From a virus: DNA of 41,655 nucleotides. Position numbers and translations under genes: made by a program. Location of the stretch: positions 1 to 41,655 of IMG/VR virus record IMGVR_UViG_3300049186_000017. One strand, given 5' to 3'. This document shows positions 23,675-32,471 of this stretch, piece after piece; the stretch's first letter is position 1, and each line of letters begins with the position of its first letter. Below the pieces are notes generated by a model. That model was not told where the DNA came from. It ran no database searches and was given only the letters and a program-made list of their open reading frames with translations.

Positions 23675-24274
23675 TCAGCCCCGCTTCGTCGACCACGCGC
23701 TCGAACCGATGAACCGCGACGCGAGCAGCGGGTTGTCGCCCAACGTCTCCGGCGTGTCGTCCTGGCCGTCGACGCCGCGCGTCACGCGCAGCACGTCGCG
23801 CAGCACGGACTCGACGACCTGTTCCATCGTGGTCGACTGCGTGATCGGGTAGGCGAACAGCGCTTTCATGACCGAGGTCATGGCCCACACGAGGCCAGGG
23901 TCCCAACTGCCGACGTTGTCGTTCTTGAAGACGTAGCGCAGCAGCAGCGGGTTGTCGTCGCACAGCAGCTTGCGGCCCTCGATGCGGAACTCGCCCTCGG
24001 CGTCGCGCTCGCCGATCGACAGCACCTTCAGGAAGTCGGCCGGCAGCGTGAACTGATAGCCCCAGTCGAAGGCTGGCGCGGTGGCGTCGGGTGACAGCGT
24101 CACGCGCTTAATGGCGCAGTTCCACGGGTGCCGGCGCAGCACGTAGTCGCGCGCCGGCTCGAACAGGTTGGACGCCATTCGCGCGCGGTCGCTGCTGTCG
24201 TCGAACGAGCTGATCGGGTTGTCCCCGAGCAGCAGCAGCGCGTTGGAGCAGATCGAGACAGCGGTTTGCGGCAT
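23675..24274 (-). CDS. tail tubular protein A / adaptor (T7 gp11-like), 199 aa
   Basis: Track ORF. N-terminus ICSNALLLLGDNPISSFDDSSDRARMASNLFEPARDYVLRRHPWNCA is the pattern seen in gp11-like proteins. Lies directly upstream of the gp12-like gene. Confidence 0.75.
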   Translation of the reverse strand: MPQTAVSICSNALLLLGDNPISSFDDSSDRARMASNLFEPARDYVLRRHPWNCAIKRVTLSPDATAPAFDWGYQFTLPADFLKVLSIGERDAEGEFRIEGRKLLCDDNPLLLRYVFKNDNVGSWDPGLVWAMTSVMKALFAYPITQSTTMEQVVESVLRDVLRVTRGVDGQDDTPETLGDNPLLASRFIGSSAWSTKRG

Positions 24275-24289
24275 GCGTGACCCTCAATG

Positions 24290-24320
24290 AAAAACGGGGG
24301 GCCCTGTTGGGAGCCCCCCG
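24290..24320 (-). terminator. rho-independent terminator after the capsid / cement-like gene pair
   Basis: Minus strand: CGGGGGGC-(10-nt loop)-GCCCCCCG followed by TTTTT. A second 7-bp hairpin (CCGCCAG/CTGGCGG) is at 24330..24352. This is one of very few gaps in the late operon. Confidence 0.75.
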
Positions 24321-24362
24321 CTCAAATGACCGCCAGGGAGACAGTCTGGCGGGTACTGCCGA

Positions 24363-24827
24363 TCAGCTCGCGGCCGGCGCGATGTAGTGGATCTCGAACT
24401 CGGCTTGGATGTCGTCGGTCGGGTTGGCGGCGGCCAGCGTGGCGTACACGTCGACGTCGGCCGTCGTCACGTAGCCGTTGACCGCCGACGATTGCGCGCC
24501 GCCGTTGATGTCCTTGACACCGGCCGCGGCCACGTTGAGCGCCGCGGCCAAACCGTCGGCGTCGATCACGGTGCCGCCGCCGGCCGCGCGCGTGCCCACG
24601 TCCATCGTCACCGAGGCGCCGAACGCGCCGTGGTAGACCTTCGACGTGCGCAGGATGCGCGAGCCCTTGGGGATGACACCGATCAGGAACGTGTCGTTCT
24701 GCGCCCACGCAGCCGTTGCCGGCGTGGTGGCCACGAGAACCGACACCTTGCCGTGATCGTAGGGCGCGGCCTTGACCTTCGGCGACGCGGCCAGCGAAGT
24801 GATCTGGCGAGAGTTGAATTCAGCCAT
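24363..24827 (-). CDS. putative capsid cement / decoration protein (154 aa; Bbp16-like position)
   Basis: Track ORF. Beta-rich, directly downstream of the major capsid gene and upstream of a terminator. Functional call is by position. Confidence 0.65.
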   Translation of the reverse strand: MAEFNSRQITSLAASPKVKAAPYDHGKVSVLVATTPATAAWAQNDTFLIGVIPKGSRILRTSKVYHGAFGASVTMDVGTRAAGGGTVIDADGLAAALNVAAAGVKDINGGAQSSAVNGYVTTADVDVYATLAAANPTDDIQAEFEIHYIAPAAS

Positions 24828-24857
24828 GATGGATTTCCTTCGTCAGTTGGCTGCCGC

Positions 24858-25760
24858 TTAGGCGTTGGTGAAGTCGATGGCAACGACCTTTTTCTCGTCC
24901 TGGCGCGTCGCGCCAAGCGAGAGCCAGCCGTAGACCTCGGTCGGGTGACCGCGCTTGTTCTTGTTCTGGTCGACGTCGGTGCGCACATCGATGCCGGTGC
25001 CGAACTGAATGCCCGACTTCGCCCACGCGACCGTCCGGCGATCGGTGCCGCCGCCGGCGCCCGCGTCGAGCTGTTCGTAGGGAATCCAGGTGTAGCCGAG
25101 CCAGTTCTCGGCGACTTGACCGGCTTGCAGCATCTTCGACGCCATGAAGTCGGCCGACGTCAGCGTGGTGTCGGCCAGGATCTGGCGCACCATCGTCGAG
25201 TTGTAGAGGATGAACAGCTCCTCGCCGTTCTGCGCGTCCGCCTCGTTCGAGCGGAACAGCGCCACCGACTGGAGGATCTTGGTCTTGGTGAAGCCGGTGC
25301 CACCCGCCAGGATGATCTGGCCCGACGGCAGCGCCGTGCTCGACACCGTGCCGCCTTCGGTCGTGCGGGTCAGCGAGCCATCGAGCATCGCCCGATAGAT
25401 CGTCTTGTCCTTGCGACGGTTGGCGGCGGCAACCAGCAACTCGCTGTACTTGAAGGTCGGGTCGGCGACGAGCTTGGCCAGGTCGAAGCCATCGACCACC
25501 AGCGGGCCGATGTCGTAGTCGGCCATGTACGCGATCCGCGTCTCGTGGCTGACGTCTTGCGCTTGCTTGTCTTGGTAGCGGCCAGTGACTTCGCGCGCTT
25601 CGACGAGACCGAGGTTGTTGGTCGTGAAGCTGGAGCCCTGGATCATCCCGCGATCCATGACGCGGCCCTGCATGCGCGAGGTCTTCTGCTGCAGGGCGTG
25701 GATGAACGTGTCGTGAAACTGCTGCCGGAAGGCAGTGGTGATGGTCGGTGAGGTGGACAT
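24858..25760 (-). CDS. major capsid protein (300 aa)
   Basis: Track ORF. AAGGAA RBS. Follows the scaffold-like gene. Size and composition fit an HK97-fold capsid protein of BPP-1-like podoviruses. Confidence 0.82.
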   Translation of the reverse strand: MSTSPTITTAFRQQFHDTFIHALQQKTSRMQGRVMDRGMIQGSSFTTNNLGLVEAREVTGRYQDKQAQDVSHETRIAYMADYDIGPLVVDGFDLAKLVADPTFKYSELLVAAANRRKDKTIYRAMLDGSLTRTTEGGTVSSTALPSGQIILAGGTGFTKTKILQSVALFRSNEADAQNGEELFILYNSTMVRQILADTTLTSADFMASKMLQAGQVAENWLGYTWIPYEQLDAGAGGGTDRRTVAWAKSGIQFGTGIDVRTDVDQNKNKRGHPTEVYGWLSLGATRQDEKKVVAIDFTNA

Positions 25761-25913
25761 GATCCGTTTTCCTTGGAACGAATCGCCGCGGGTTGCGGGT
25801 GTCCTTTCGGGCCGCCGATCAGCGGGGCGCTGGGCGCTTGGCGTCTCGCTGGGCTATCCCCGGTATCCGGCTGCCACACCGGGCGGGTTGCGCGCAATGT
25901 GCGGCACCCCGCC

Positions 25914-25929
25914 CGCAGAAATCTCTGCG
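25914..25929 (-). promoter_or_regulatory. late-unit motif copy 2 (CGCAGAGATTTCTGCG), 3 nt after the scaffold stop and 153 nt upstream of the capsid ATG
   Basis: Identical to the copies at 11825..11840 and 35440..35454. Followed by a GGGCGGG...CCCGCCC hairpin. Confidence 0.45.
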
Positions 25930-25931
25930 CT

Positions 25932-26771
25932 TCAGCCCTGCGGGAACTTCTTTGCGTAGAGCGCCTGCACCTTGGCCACGGTGGATGCGTGCTGCGGATC
26001 GGCGTTGTCGAAGTACGCCTTCGATCCCATCAGCGCTTCGAGCGTGTCGGTCTCGGCCGATGTCAACGCGCCCTGCACCGTCTGGTCCTCGTGCAGCTCC
26101 TTGCCGATCGACGCCATCAGGCGCAGGAAGTCGGGGTCGCTGCCGAACTTCGCGTCGACGCGCGCGTGCAGTTCCTTGTCGCTGCCGGCGAACGCATTCA
26201 CCGCGCGATACGCATCGGCCAGGCCGCGGCCGTACTGATCGTCGGTCGGCCACGCTTTGCGCAGCTCGGGCTCGGCGAGCTCCGGGCGGTTGCGCATCGA
26301 CTCGCGCTCGGCCAGTGCTTCGAGCACATAGGAGACCTGCGCGTTCGTCATGCCGCGCGCGTGCGCACCCTTCAGGAATCCCTGGTACAGCGGGTCGGCC
26401 TTGAGCGTTTCGAGCGACAGGCCCTCGGGCACGCTGGGCGCGTAGTCTTGCGGCGTCTTCGGCGGTGCATCACCGGCGCCGAGGCGCTGCTCGAGCGCGC
26501 TGTGGCCCTCGGCCCACTTCGCCATGCTGGCATCGTTGTCGATGCTGCCGTCGGCGGCCTTGACGTGGTACTTCGCCGGGATCGGCGAGGCAGGCGCAGC
26601 GGCCGGCGTTGGGGCAGGCGTAGGTGCAGCCGTGGCGCCCTTTGCCAGCAGCGAGGGTGCAGGGGCTGCAGGTGCTGCCGGCGGGGTCGGTGCCGGGCTC
26701 GGCGCTGCTGGTGCGCTGGCTGCTGGCGCGGGCGCTGCTGCGACGGGATCGGCGGTTGCGGCTTCGGACAT
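25932..26771 (-). CDS. scaffolding protein (279 aa) with Ala/Pro-rich N-terminus
   Basis: Frame of track ORF 25932..26795. AGGAGA lies 7 nt upstream of ATG 26771. Helical acidic C-terminal part. Sits immediately upstream of the capsid gene. Confidence 0.72.
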   Translation of the reverse strand: MSEAATADPVAAAPAPAASAPAAPSPAPTPPAAPAAPAPSLLAKGATAAPTPAPTPAAAPASPIPAKYHVKAADGSIDNDASMAKWAEGHSALEQRLGAGDAPPKTPQDYAPSVPEGLSLETLKADPLYQGFLKGAHARGMTNAQVSYVLEALAERESMRNRPELAEPELRKAWPTDDQYGRGLADAYRAVNAFAGSDKELHARVDAKFGSDPDFLRLMASIGKELHEDQTVQGALTSAETDTLEALMGSKAYFDNADPQHASTVAKVQALYAKKFPQG

Positions 26772-26784
26772 GCACGGTTCTCCT

Positions 26785-27726
26785 TCAATCGGCATCGGCG
26801 GTTGCGCGGCGCTTGCGCAGCTCGCGCTCGATCGAGTCGATGCGGTCCTCGATGGTCTGTTTGGGCTGCGAGCGCAGCAGGCCGCGCTGCGCGTGCAGCA
26901 GCGAGAAATCGCAGCTCAGCGCGGCGATGCCGACGGATTGCAGCGGGGCCGTGGCCACGATCTCGAACGGGCCCGGCGCGGCCTTCGGTGGCAGGCGCAG
27001 GATGGAGCGTTGCGGCGCGTCCTTCGGCTCGCTGCGCGTGGCCGACCCCGGCATCTGGCTGCCGACGAACGGGCCGAACGGGATCACGACCGGCGCGCTT
27101 TCGTAGACGAGGTCGCCCGCGATCGTGCCCGAGCCATTGCCGGCAATCGCCGCGGTGAACGCGAGGTCGGTGCCGACGTTGATCTGCCCGGCCAGGCCAC
27201 CCTGCCCGACGCCTGCGATCACGTTGGTCTGCGTGATCTCATAGGTGCGATACGTGCTCCAGTAGCGCGGGCCGAAGAAGCGCGACCCGAAGTACCGCGG
27301 CCCGAAGTACCGGCCGTCGCCGGGCGCCGTCGGAAAGCCGATCACGATGGACCCGGCCAATGCCCCGACGCCAACACCCGTTGGCAGCAGCAGCGGCGGC
27401 GCAATGAAAAACTCGGTGTCGCTGACGTAGGCCAGGTCGCCCGAGATGGCGCCGATGCCGACGCCGGCGATCGGTGCCACGAACGACACGCCGGCGCCGG
27501 GCGGCACATCACCGGATAGTCCACCGATGCCGGTGCAGGCCAGCACGTTGGTCTGTGCGAAGGTGAACGGGCTCGTGTCGGCCGGCGACGCGAAGAAGCG
27601 CCGGCCGTAGAAACGCTTGCCGAAGTAGCGGCTGCCCCAGTAGTACCCGGCAGCGCCGTTGCTGCCGTGGTGCCCGAAGTAGCGCCCGCCGAAGTAGCGC
27701 GGGGAGAAGTACCGCGCCGCGAACAT
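26785..27726 (-). CDS. RYFG-repeat protein with an internal two-fold duplication (313 aa), unknown function
   Basis: Track ORF. Arg/aromatic/Gly repeats (ARYFSPRYFGGRYFG, SRYFGKRFYGRRFF, GRYFGPRYFGSRFFGPRYW), each followed by a homologous ~50-aa segment (FTFAQTNVLACTGIGGLSGD.. versus YEITQTNVIAGVGQGGLAGQ..). Confidence 0.75.
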   Translation of the reverse strand: MFAARYFSPRYFGGRYFGHHGSNGAAGYYWGSRYFGKRFYGRRFFASPADTSPFTFAQTNVLACTGIGGLSGDVPPGAGVSFVAPIAGVGIGAISGDLAYVSDTEFFIAPPLLLPTGVGVGALAGSIVIGFPTAPGDGRYFGPRYFGSRFFGPRYWSTYRTYEITQTNVIAGVGQGGLAGQINVGTDLAFTAAIAGNGSGTIAGDLVYESAPVVIPFGPFVGSQMPGSATRSEPKDAPQRSILRLPPKAAPGPFEIVATAPLQSVGIAALSCDFSLLHAQRGLLRSQPKQTIEDRIDSIERELRKRRATADAD

Positions 27727-27732
27727 GGTGCG

Positions 27733-28335
27733 TTAGGTCGCGTCGCGCGTGATCGCCGTGCGGTTGCCGTCAGCATCCACCGTCGCGACGATGCGATCCT
27801 TGGTGTCCGCCGGGTCGCGGTAGGTCGCCGTCGTCGTGGCCAGTCCGCTGGCCTTGCCGAACAGCGCCGCGTTCTGCAGGCGCGTCGCCTGGCGGAAGGT
27901 GATCGTGCCGTCGACCTGCTCGTCATGCACCGCATCGACCTCGGCCGCCAGCGCAGTGGCGTAGGCCGTGCCAGCGAACTGCACCGCATCCACCTGCAGG
28001 TTGTCCGACGCCGCGATCAGCGAGTCATAGACGACCGCGTTCAGCACGCAGCACTCCACCTTGACCGGCAGCGCGCCGCTCGGGTGGCAGTAGATCGTCA
28101 GCAAGCCCAGCGTGTCGGTGTCGGTCGCATCGAGCACGATGTAGTAGATGCCGTTGGAGATGTGCGTCGCGCCGCCGGAGTTCTTGTTCGCCAGCGTGGT
28201 CGCCCCGTTCTTGTGGAGCTTCACGTCGGTGTTGGCGATCGTGAGTGCGGTCTCCTCGGTGTTGCCGTCCGTGGAGTCGACGAAGTAGCCGAGCGAGACC
28301 TCCTGAGAGGCCGTGGATTGACGGAGAAAGCGCAT
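27733..28335 (-). CDS. virion-associated beta-rich protein, unknown function (200 aa)
   Basis: Track ORF (MRFLRQSTASQEVSLGYFVDSTDGNTEETALTIANTDVKLHKNGATT...). Tight spacing within the late operon. Confidence 0.72.
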   Translation of the reverse strand: MRFLRQSTASQEVSLGYFVDSTDGNTEETALTIANTDVKLHKNGATTLANKNSGGATHISNGIYYIVLDATDTDTLGLLTIYCHPSGALPVKVECCVLNAVVYDSLIAASDNLQVDAVQFAGTAYATALAAEVDAVHDEQVDGTITFRQATRLQNAALFGKASGLATTTATYRDPADTKDRIVATVDADGNRTAITRDAT

Positions 28336-28344
28336 GGTTGGCCC

Positions 28345-29028
28345 CTACTGTGAAAGTTGATTGAACGCGCGCGGCGCGTTGCCGGCGGCACTCGCGGATG
28401 CGTCCTTGAACGCGAAGCCCAACATCAGCCAGTAGTCCTCGTTGATGTTGTATTTGGGGTGCTCGTTCGTCAGCGGAGAAGCGCTGATCTTTTCCTCAAG
28501 CACGAAGTAGTACGAGTTGCCGCCGAAGTTCGTGCCCAGGCGCTTGGTGTAGCCCGTGCCGACGGTCGGATCGTCGGTCGGGTACACGTGGCCGCAGCCG
28601 ATGTAGAGCCCCGCCGATGCGCCGGTGATCGCGCCGGGGTCCGGGTTGCTCGCCGTCGCGCTCGCCTGCGCGCTAACTGGCGTGCCCATCAAGGCGTTGA
28701 CGGTGTCCACGCCCGTGTACTCGGCGACGCACAGACTGCGGAAGCCGCTCGTCGCTGACTGCACCTGCACCGTCGTCGCGCCGGCGTTGACGTTCTTGGC
28801 GTAGGCCGCAGTGACGCGCAGGCCCATGCTGCCGTGGAAGATGTTCGCGATCGGCGTCCAGGTGTTGCCGTTGTTGTCCGTGAACGTGGACGTTTCGTCG
28901 GTGGTGTTTGAAGACACCGCCACGAGCAGCGAGCCCGCCGCTGCGTTCTGCGCCAGCGCACGCGTCAGCACGGTGCCGACGTTGTTGGCCGGCAGCCAGA
29001 GGTTGTTCGTGACGCCAGCGATTGCCAT
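28345..29028 (-). CDS. beta-sandwich / lectin-like protein, unknown function (227 aa)
   Basis: Track ORF. The ATG shares 1 nt with the upstream TAA. Ser/Thr/Asn/Gly-rich beta-type composition. Confidence 0.72.
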   Translation of the reverse strand: MAIAGVTNNLWLPANNVGTVLTRALAQNAAAGSLLVAVSSNTTDETSTFTDNNGNTWTPIANIFHGSMGLRVTAAYAKNVNAGATTVQVQSATSGFRSLCVAEYTGVDTVNALMGTPVSAQASATASNPDPGAITGASAGLYIGCGHVYPTDDPTVGTGYTKRLGTNFGGNSYYFVLEEKISASPLTNEHPKYNINEDYWLMLGFAFKDASASAAGNAPRAFNQLSQ

Positions 29029-32000
29029 TACACGGTCCTCGGTTTGATCGCCCAGGTCGGGTACTCCGTCATCGGAGCGAGGCAGTCAGACCAGTTGCTG
29101 GCGCCGACCAGCCTGTTGTATGCGGTCAGTGCACCCGGCAAGCCACAGTCCACGGCATACGAAATGGCGGGCAGCATGGTTGACCAATAGCTGTACGCGA
29201 TAGGCCAATTGCCGCCGTTGAGGGCGGCATCCACGCCGGGGTTAGGCACACCTTCGCTCGCCTGATAGATCGCACCCCAACTGGAGTACCAAGGGCCGGT
29301 GCCATTCGTCCAATCGGTGCTATGCGTCGGCGCGTAAGCGATGGTGTAGCGGCCAGCATCGGCGTAGCGATACTCGGCAGAGGAAAGTCCGCCCAACCGG
29401 CCGGTGATGCTGTTGTTGATCCAATTAAGGAATCCGTCGAGGCGCGACAACCGCGTGGCGTTGAAATTGACCTTGGTCTGCTTGATGAACCCCCACGCAA
29501 AAACGTTCCAGTCGTTCTGCCAAATCGCGGCGTTCCAGATCACCGATGGGTTGAGGCCGTTGTTAGGCCAAAATTCATACTGATGCAGCAAGCCCTGCGG
29601 GTTGTTTGCCTGGGCGACGTACTTGGCGTGGTAGTAGTCGACGTTGCTGCTCAGGACGTTCAGGTACTCGGTTTGCAGCGGGTCGCCGTCCGGTGTGACG
29701 AGATAGGCGCAGGTCAGCGTTCGCAGCGCCCAGGCTGCACCTCGCGGGGTATACGAGGCCGTGTCCGTCCGCAGGATGCCCTGAGCAAAGCCGCGGATGT
29801 CGTCGCTGTTGGTGAGATAGTTGGTTGCCGCCGCGAATTGCAAGGTTTCGGCGTGATACTTGCGCCCGGTCAACAGATAGATGAGATAGCCATGCAACGG
29901 GTGATGCGCAATGTCCCAGGCGCAAACTTGCCCGCCCGTAAACGTCGGCGTGTGCTGGTTGAGCGTTGAATCGCCGACACCGGTGACGTCACCCTGCGCA
30001 TCTGCAAGCACTAGGTTCGGGTACTGCGAAATACGGATCGGCCTTCCCTGCGCCGACGAGTCTGGTTTGTTGGTGGCCGACTCACGCCGATGCAACGCAT
30101 AGCGACCGGCCACGTAGCTATGCGCGTTGATGCTGGCCCATGTGCGCGCGTCGTTGCTCGCCGTGAGGTGGAACGCATCCCACAGGGGCATCGGCCCGAT
30201 CCAGGTGGCCTCGCCGCCTCCGGTCATTTCACTCTCGATCACGTCCCCAAACCCATAAGGTGACCATGTGGTCGAAAGGCTGCCGAGCCTCGAGGCGCCT
30301 GTGCTGTTGGTGCGATACGTGGGCACCATCGCGGTCTGCTGCAAATACGCCTTGTTGTGCTCCGGTCGCACCCCAGGGTCGGTGCCGGCCCAGTGCGTCC
30401 AGGCCGTGCCGCTGCCGCTGATGAGCACCATGCGGTTAAACGCGCGCAGATTGATGGCGCCGCTGTAGCGCTGCGAGCCGTTCAGCGTGAGCGTGTACGT
30501 CGCGCTCTTGGCGGCGGGGCCGCTGACCAGGAGGTAGCCATTCTCGATCCATGGCAACACTTCAACGTTGCCCGAGGCGTACAGGCGCACCTCCAGCCAC
30601 GCCACCAGGTGCGGATCGGAGCCCACCGGCTTGCGGTAGCGCCACGACGACATGGCGTTGCCGCTGACCCAGGTTTCAAACGGCAGATCCCAGTCTGTCG
30701 TGGCCCACGATACCGAGCCGAATGTGCCGCATACGATGCTCGCGGTGATGCCGGTGGCCTTGAGGCTGGCTGTGGTGAGCGCGCTGCCGGTGGTGGCGGC
30801 GCCGTTGCGGCGAATCCTGATCGTCTTGGCGACGTTGGCCGTGAGCGTGGTGGAACCCGACACGATTGCGAAGCGCGCCGAGCCATCGGGCCATGTGTTT
30901 TTGACGTCGACCTGCAGTGCGATGTCGCCGCCGATCACCGCGCCGGAGGGCAAGTCGCCCTGCTTGAAGGGCTGGCCGATGGTGAAATCTTTGGTGCCGC
31001 TGGAGGTGGACACCAGATCGAACGACACGATGTCGGTGGTGATGTTGGCGTAGCGGAAGCACCACACGTTGTCGCTGGTGCTGCGCACGTAGGTGATGAG
31101 CTTGAGCGCCGGAAAGTGATTGAAGCGCCCCGAGAGGTTCTTGGAGCCATCGGTCAGCGGGCTGGGCGGCTTGGTGCCGGCCACGGCGTACACCGAGATC
31201 GCAAACGTAGTGGGGTGGATCTCGTAGACGTCGTTGGCCGACCACGAGAACATCAAGAAGCGATCGATGTCGGGCACGTAGACCAGCGAGCAGCCGGGCG
31301 TGGTGTTGCCGAACACGCCGGTGAAGCTGACGGTGGACTCGGCGGCGTTGTTGTTGAGGTCGTAGAGGCGGTGCAGATACGAGCCACCGCCGCCGATGCG
31401 CAGGATGCGGTTGCGCGTGGTGTCCACCGCCATGACGCACGGCACGTCGTAGACTTGCTTGCCGCCCAGGTCGGTCCAGGTGGCGTCGCTCTGGTTCCAG
31501 CGGTAGATGTTGTTCGAACCGTCATACCGTTGGACGTAGACGTTGCCGTTGGCGTCTTGGCACACCGGCATGGCGATCTGGATGCCGCCCCCTGTCGGAT
31601 TTGGAACTGGGGCATATGTGCCCGCAGGGTCCCAATCGTTCGTGGCGAAGTTGAACGCATCCACTGCAGCGGTGTGCGTGCCACCGCTCGCTTCGTACAG
31701 CGACGGCCCGCCGTGCATGAACAGTCGATTGCGCTGCGGGATGAACTGCAGGTTCCACGAGCTATGCCGCGAGCGCGGGCGGCCGTCGGCGTAGTGCGTG
31801 CTCGTGCCGGGCGTGACTCCAGGGGTCGGGTTGCGGCGACAGAGCCACGCCACGATGTTTGCGAGCAGATCGGCCGTCAGGTTCTCGTTGCCGCCGTAGT
31901 CGAGATGGCCCCCGCCCTCCAAGCCGATGCCGCGATCCCACACGTAGCCGCCAGAGAACGACGTGATGAACTGCTTCGCCCCGGCTGAGCCTGGGTTTGC

Positions 32001-32471
32001 ATAGCCCGCCTGCGCGGTCTGCGGTTGCGTGTTCGGGATCTCAAACCACGTGTTGAGCGGCACGCCGGCCAGCCATGAGGGCAAGCCATCCGCGTTGATG
32101 GTGTCAAACGCGAGCGGCGAGCCGAGATTGGAAAGCCCGCCGTTGTTCGTGATGCTGACCGACGACGTGCCGTCGGTGCTGCGGGTGACGGTGAAACTCT
32201 GCGCCGCTGATGAGCCTGCGGAGAACGTGAGCGAGCCAGGGGATACCGAGCCGGCATTTGTCGCCGCTGGTGTCACGATCACTGTGCTGGCCAGCACCCC
32301 GTTGGGCGTGACCGTGAACGTGCCAGGCAGCCCCGTGGTCCCCGAAGTCGGCCCCGACAGCGTGACGCCGTTCGCGGGCCCGGGGCCGGTGTTGATCTGC
32401 GCGTCACCCGAAACCGCGCCTGACCCGACACCGGCGAGCCGAATCGCTCGGGTCAGGTTGAAGCGGCTCAC
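29028..32471 (-). CDS. 1147-aa multidomain protein: N-terminal Ig-like segment, probable beta-propeller, C-terminal Trp/Tyr/Asn-rich helical domain (polysaccharide lyase/hydrolase-like)
   Basis: Track ORF. GTG start in a GTGA overlap. TFTVTPNG...SLTFSAGSSAAQSFTVT is Ig-like. Repeated ~50-aa blades (e.g. NGNVYVQRYDGSNNIYRWNQSDATWTDLGG). C-terminal AWDIAHHPLHGYLIYLLTGRKYHAETLQFAAATNYL. Domain calls are by eye only. Confidence 0.8.
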   Translation of the reverse strand: MSRFNLTRAIRLAGVGSGAVSGDAQINTGPGPANGVTLSGPTSGTTGLPGTFTVTPNGVLASTVIVTPAATNAGSVSPGSLTFSAGSSAAQSFTVTRSTDGTSSVSITNNGGLSNLGSPLAFDTINADGLPSWLAGVPLNTWFEIPNTQPQTAQAGYANPGSAGAKQFITSFSGGYVWDRGIGLEGGGHLDYGGNENLTADLLANIVAWLCRRNPTPGVTPGTSTHYADGRPRSRHSSWNLQFIPQRNRLFMHGGPSLYEASGGTHTAAVDAFNFATNDWDPAGTYAPVPNPTGGGIQIAMPVCQDANGNVYVQRYDGSNNIYRWNQSDATWTDLGGKQVYDVPCVMAVDTTRNRILRIGGGGSYLHRLYDLNNNAAESTVSFTGVFGNTTPGCSLVYVPDIDRFLMFSWSANDVYEIHPTTFAISVYAVAGTKPPSPLTDGSKNLSGRFNHFPALKLITYVRSTSDNVWCFRYANITTDIVSFDLVSTSSGTKDFTIGQPFKQGDLPSGAVIGGDIALQVDVKNTWPDGSARFAIVSGSTTLTANVAKTIRIRRNGAATTGSALTTASLKATGITASIVCGTFGSVSWATTDWDLPFETWVSGNAMSSWRYRKPVGSDPHLVAWLEVRLYASGNVEVLPWIENGYLLVSGPAAKSATYTLTLNGSQRYSGAINLRAFNRMVLISGSGTAWTHWAGTDPGVRPEHNKAYLQQTAMVPTYRTNSTGASRLGSLSTTWSPYGFGDVIESEMTGGGEATWIGPMPLWDAFHLTASNDARTWASINAHSYVAGRYALHRRESATNKPDSSAQGRPIRISQYPNLVLADAQGDVTGVGDSTLNQHTPTFTGGQVCAWDIAHHPLHGYLIYLLTGRKYHAETLQFAAATNYLTNSDDIRGFAQGILRTDTASYTPRGAAWALRTLTCAYLVTPDGDPLQTEYLNVLSSNVDYYHAKYVAQANNPQGLLHQYEFWPNNGLNPSVIWNAAIWQNDWNVFAWGFIKQTKVNFNATRLSRLDGFLNWINNSITGRLGGLSSAEYRYADAGRYTIAYAPTHSTDWTNGTGPWYSSWGAIYQASEGVPNPGVDAALNGGNWPIAYSYWSTMLPAISYAVDCGLPGALTAYNRLVGASNWSDCLAPMTEYPTWAIKPRTV

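Noticed and set aside
25735-25959. 74-aa plus-strand ORF in the scaffold-capsid intergenic region
   Set aside because: Third-position GC is only moderate. There is no RBS and no hydrophobic or recognisable motif, and it overlaps both flanking gene ends. The interval is better explained as a structured leader.
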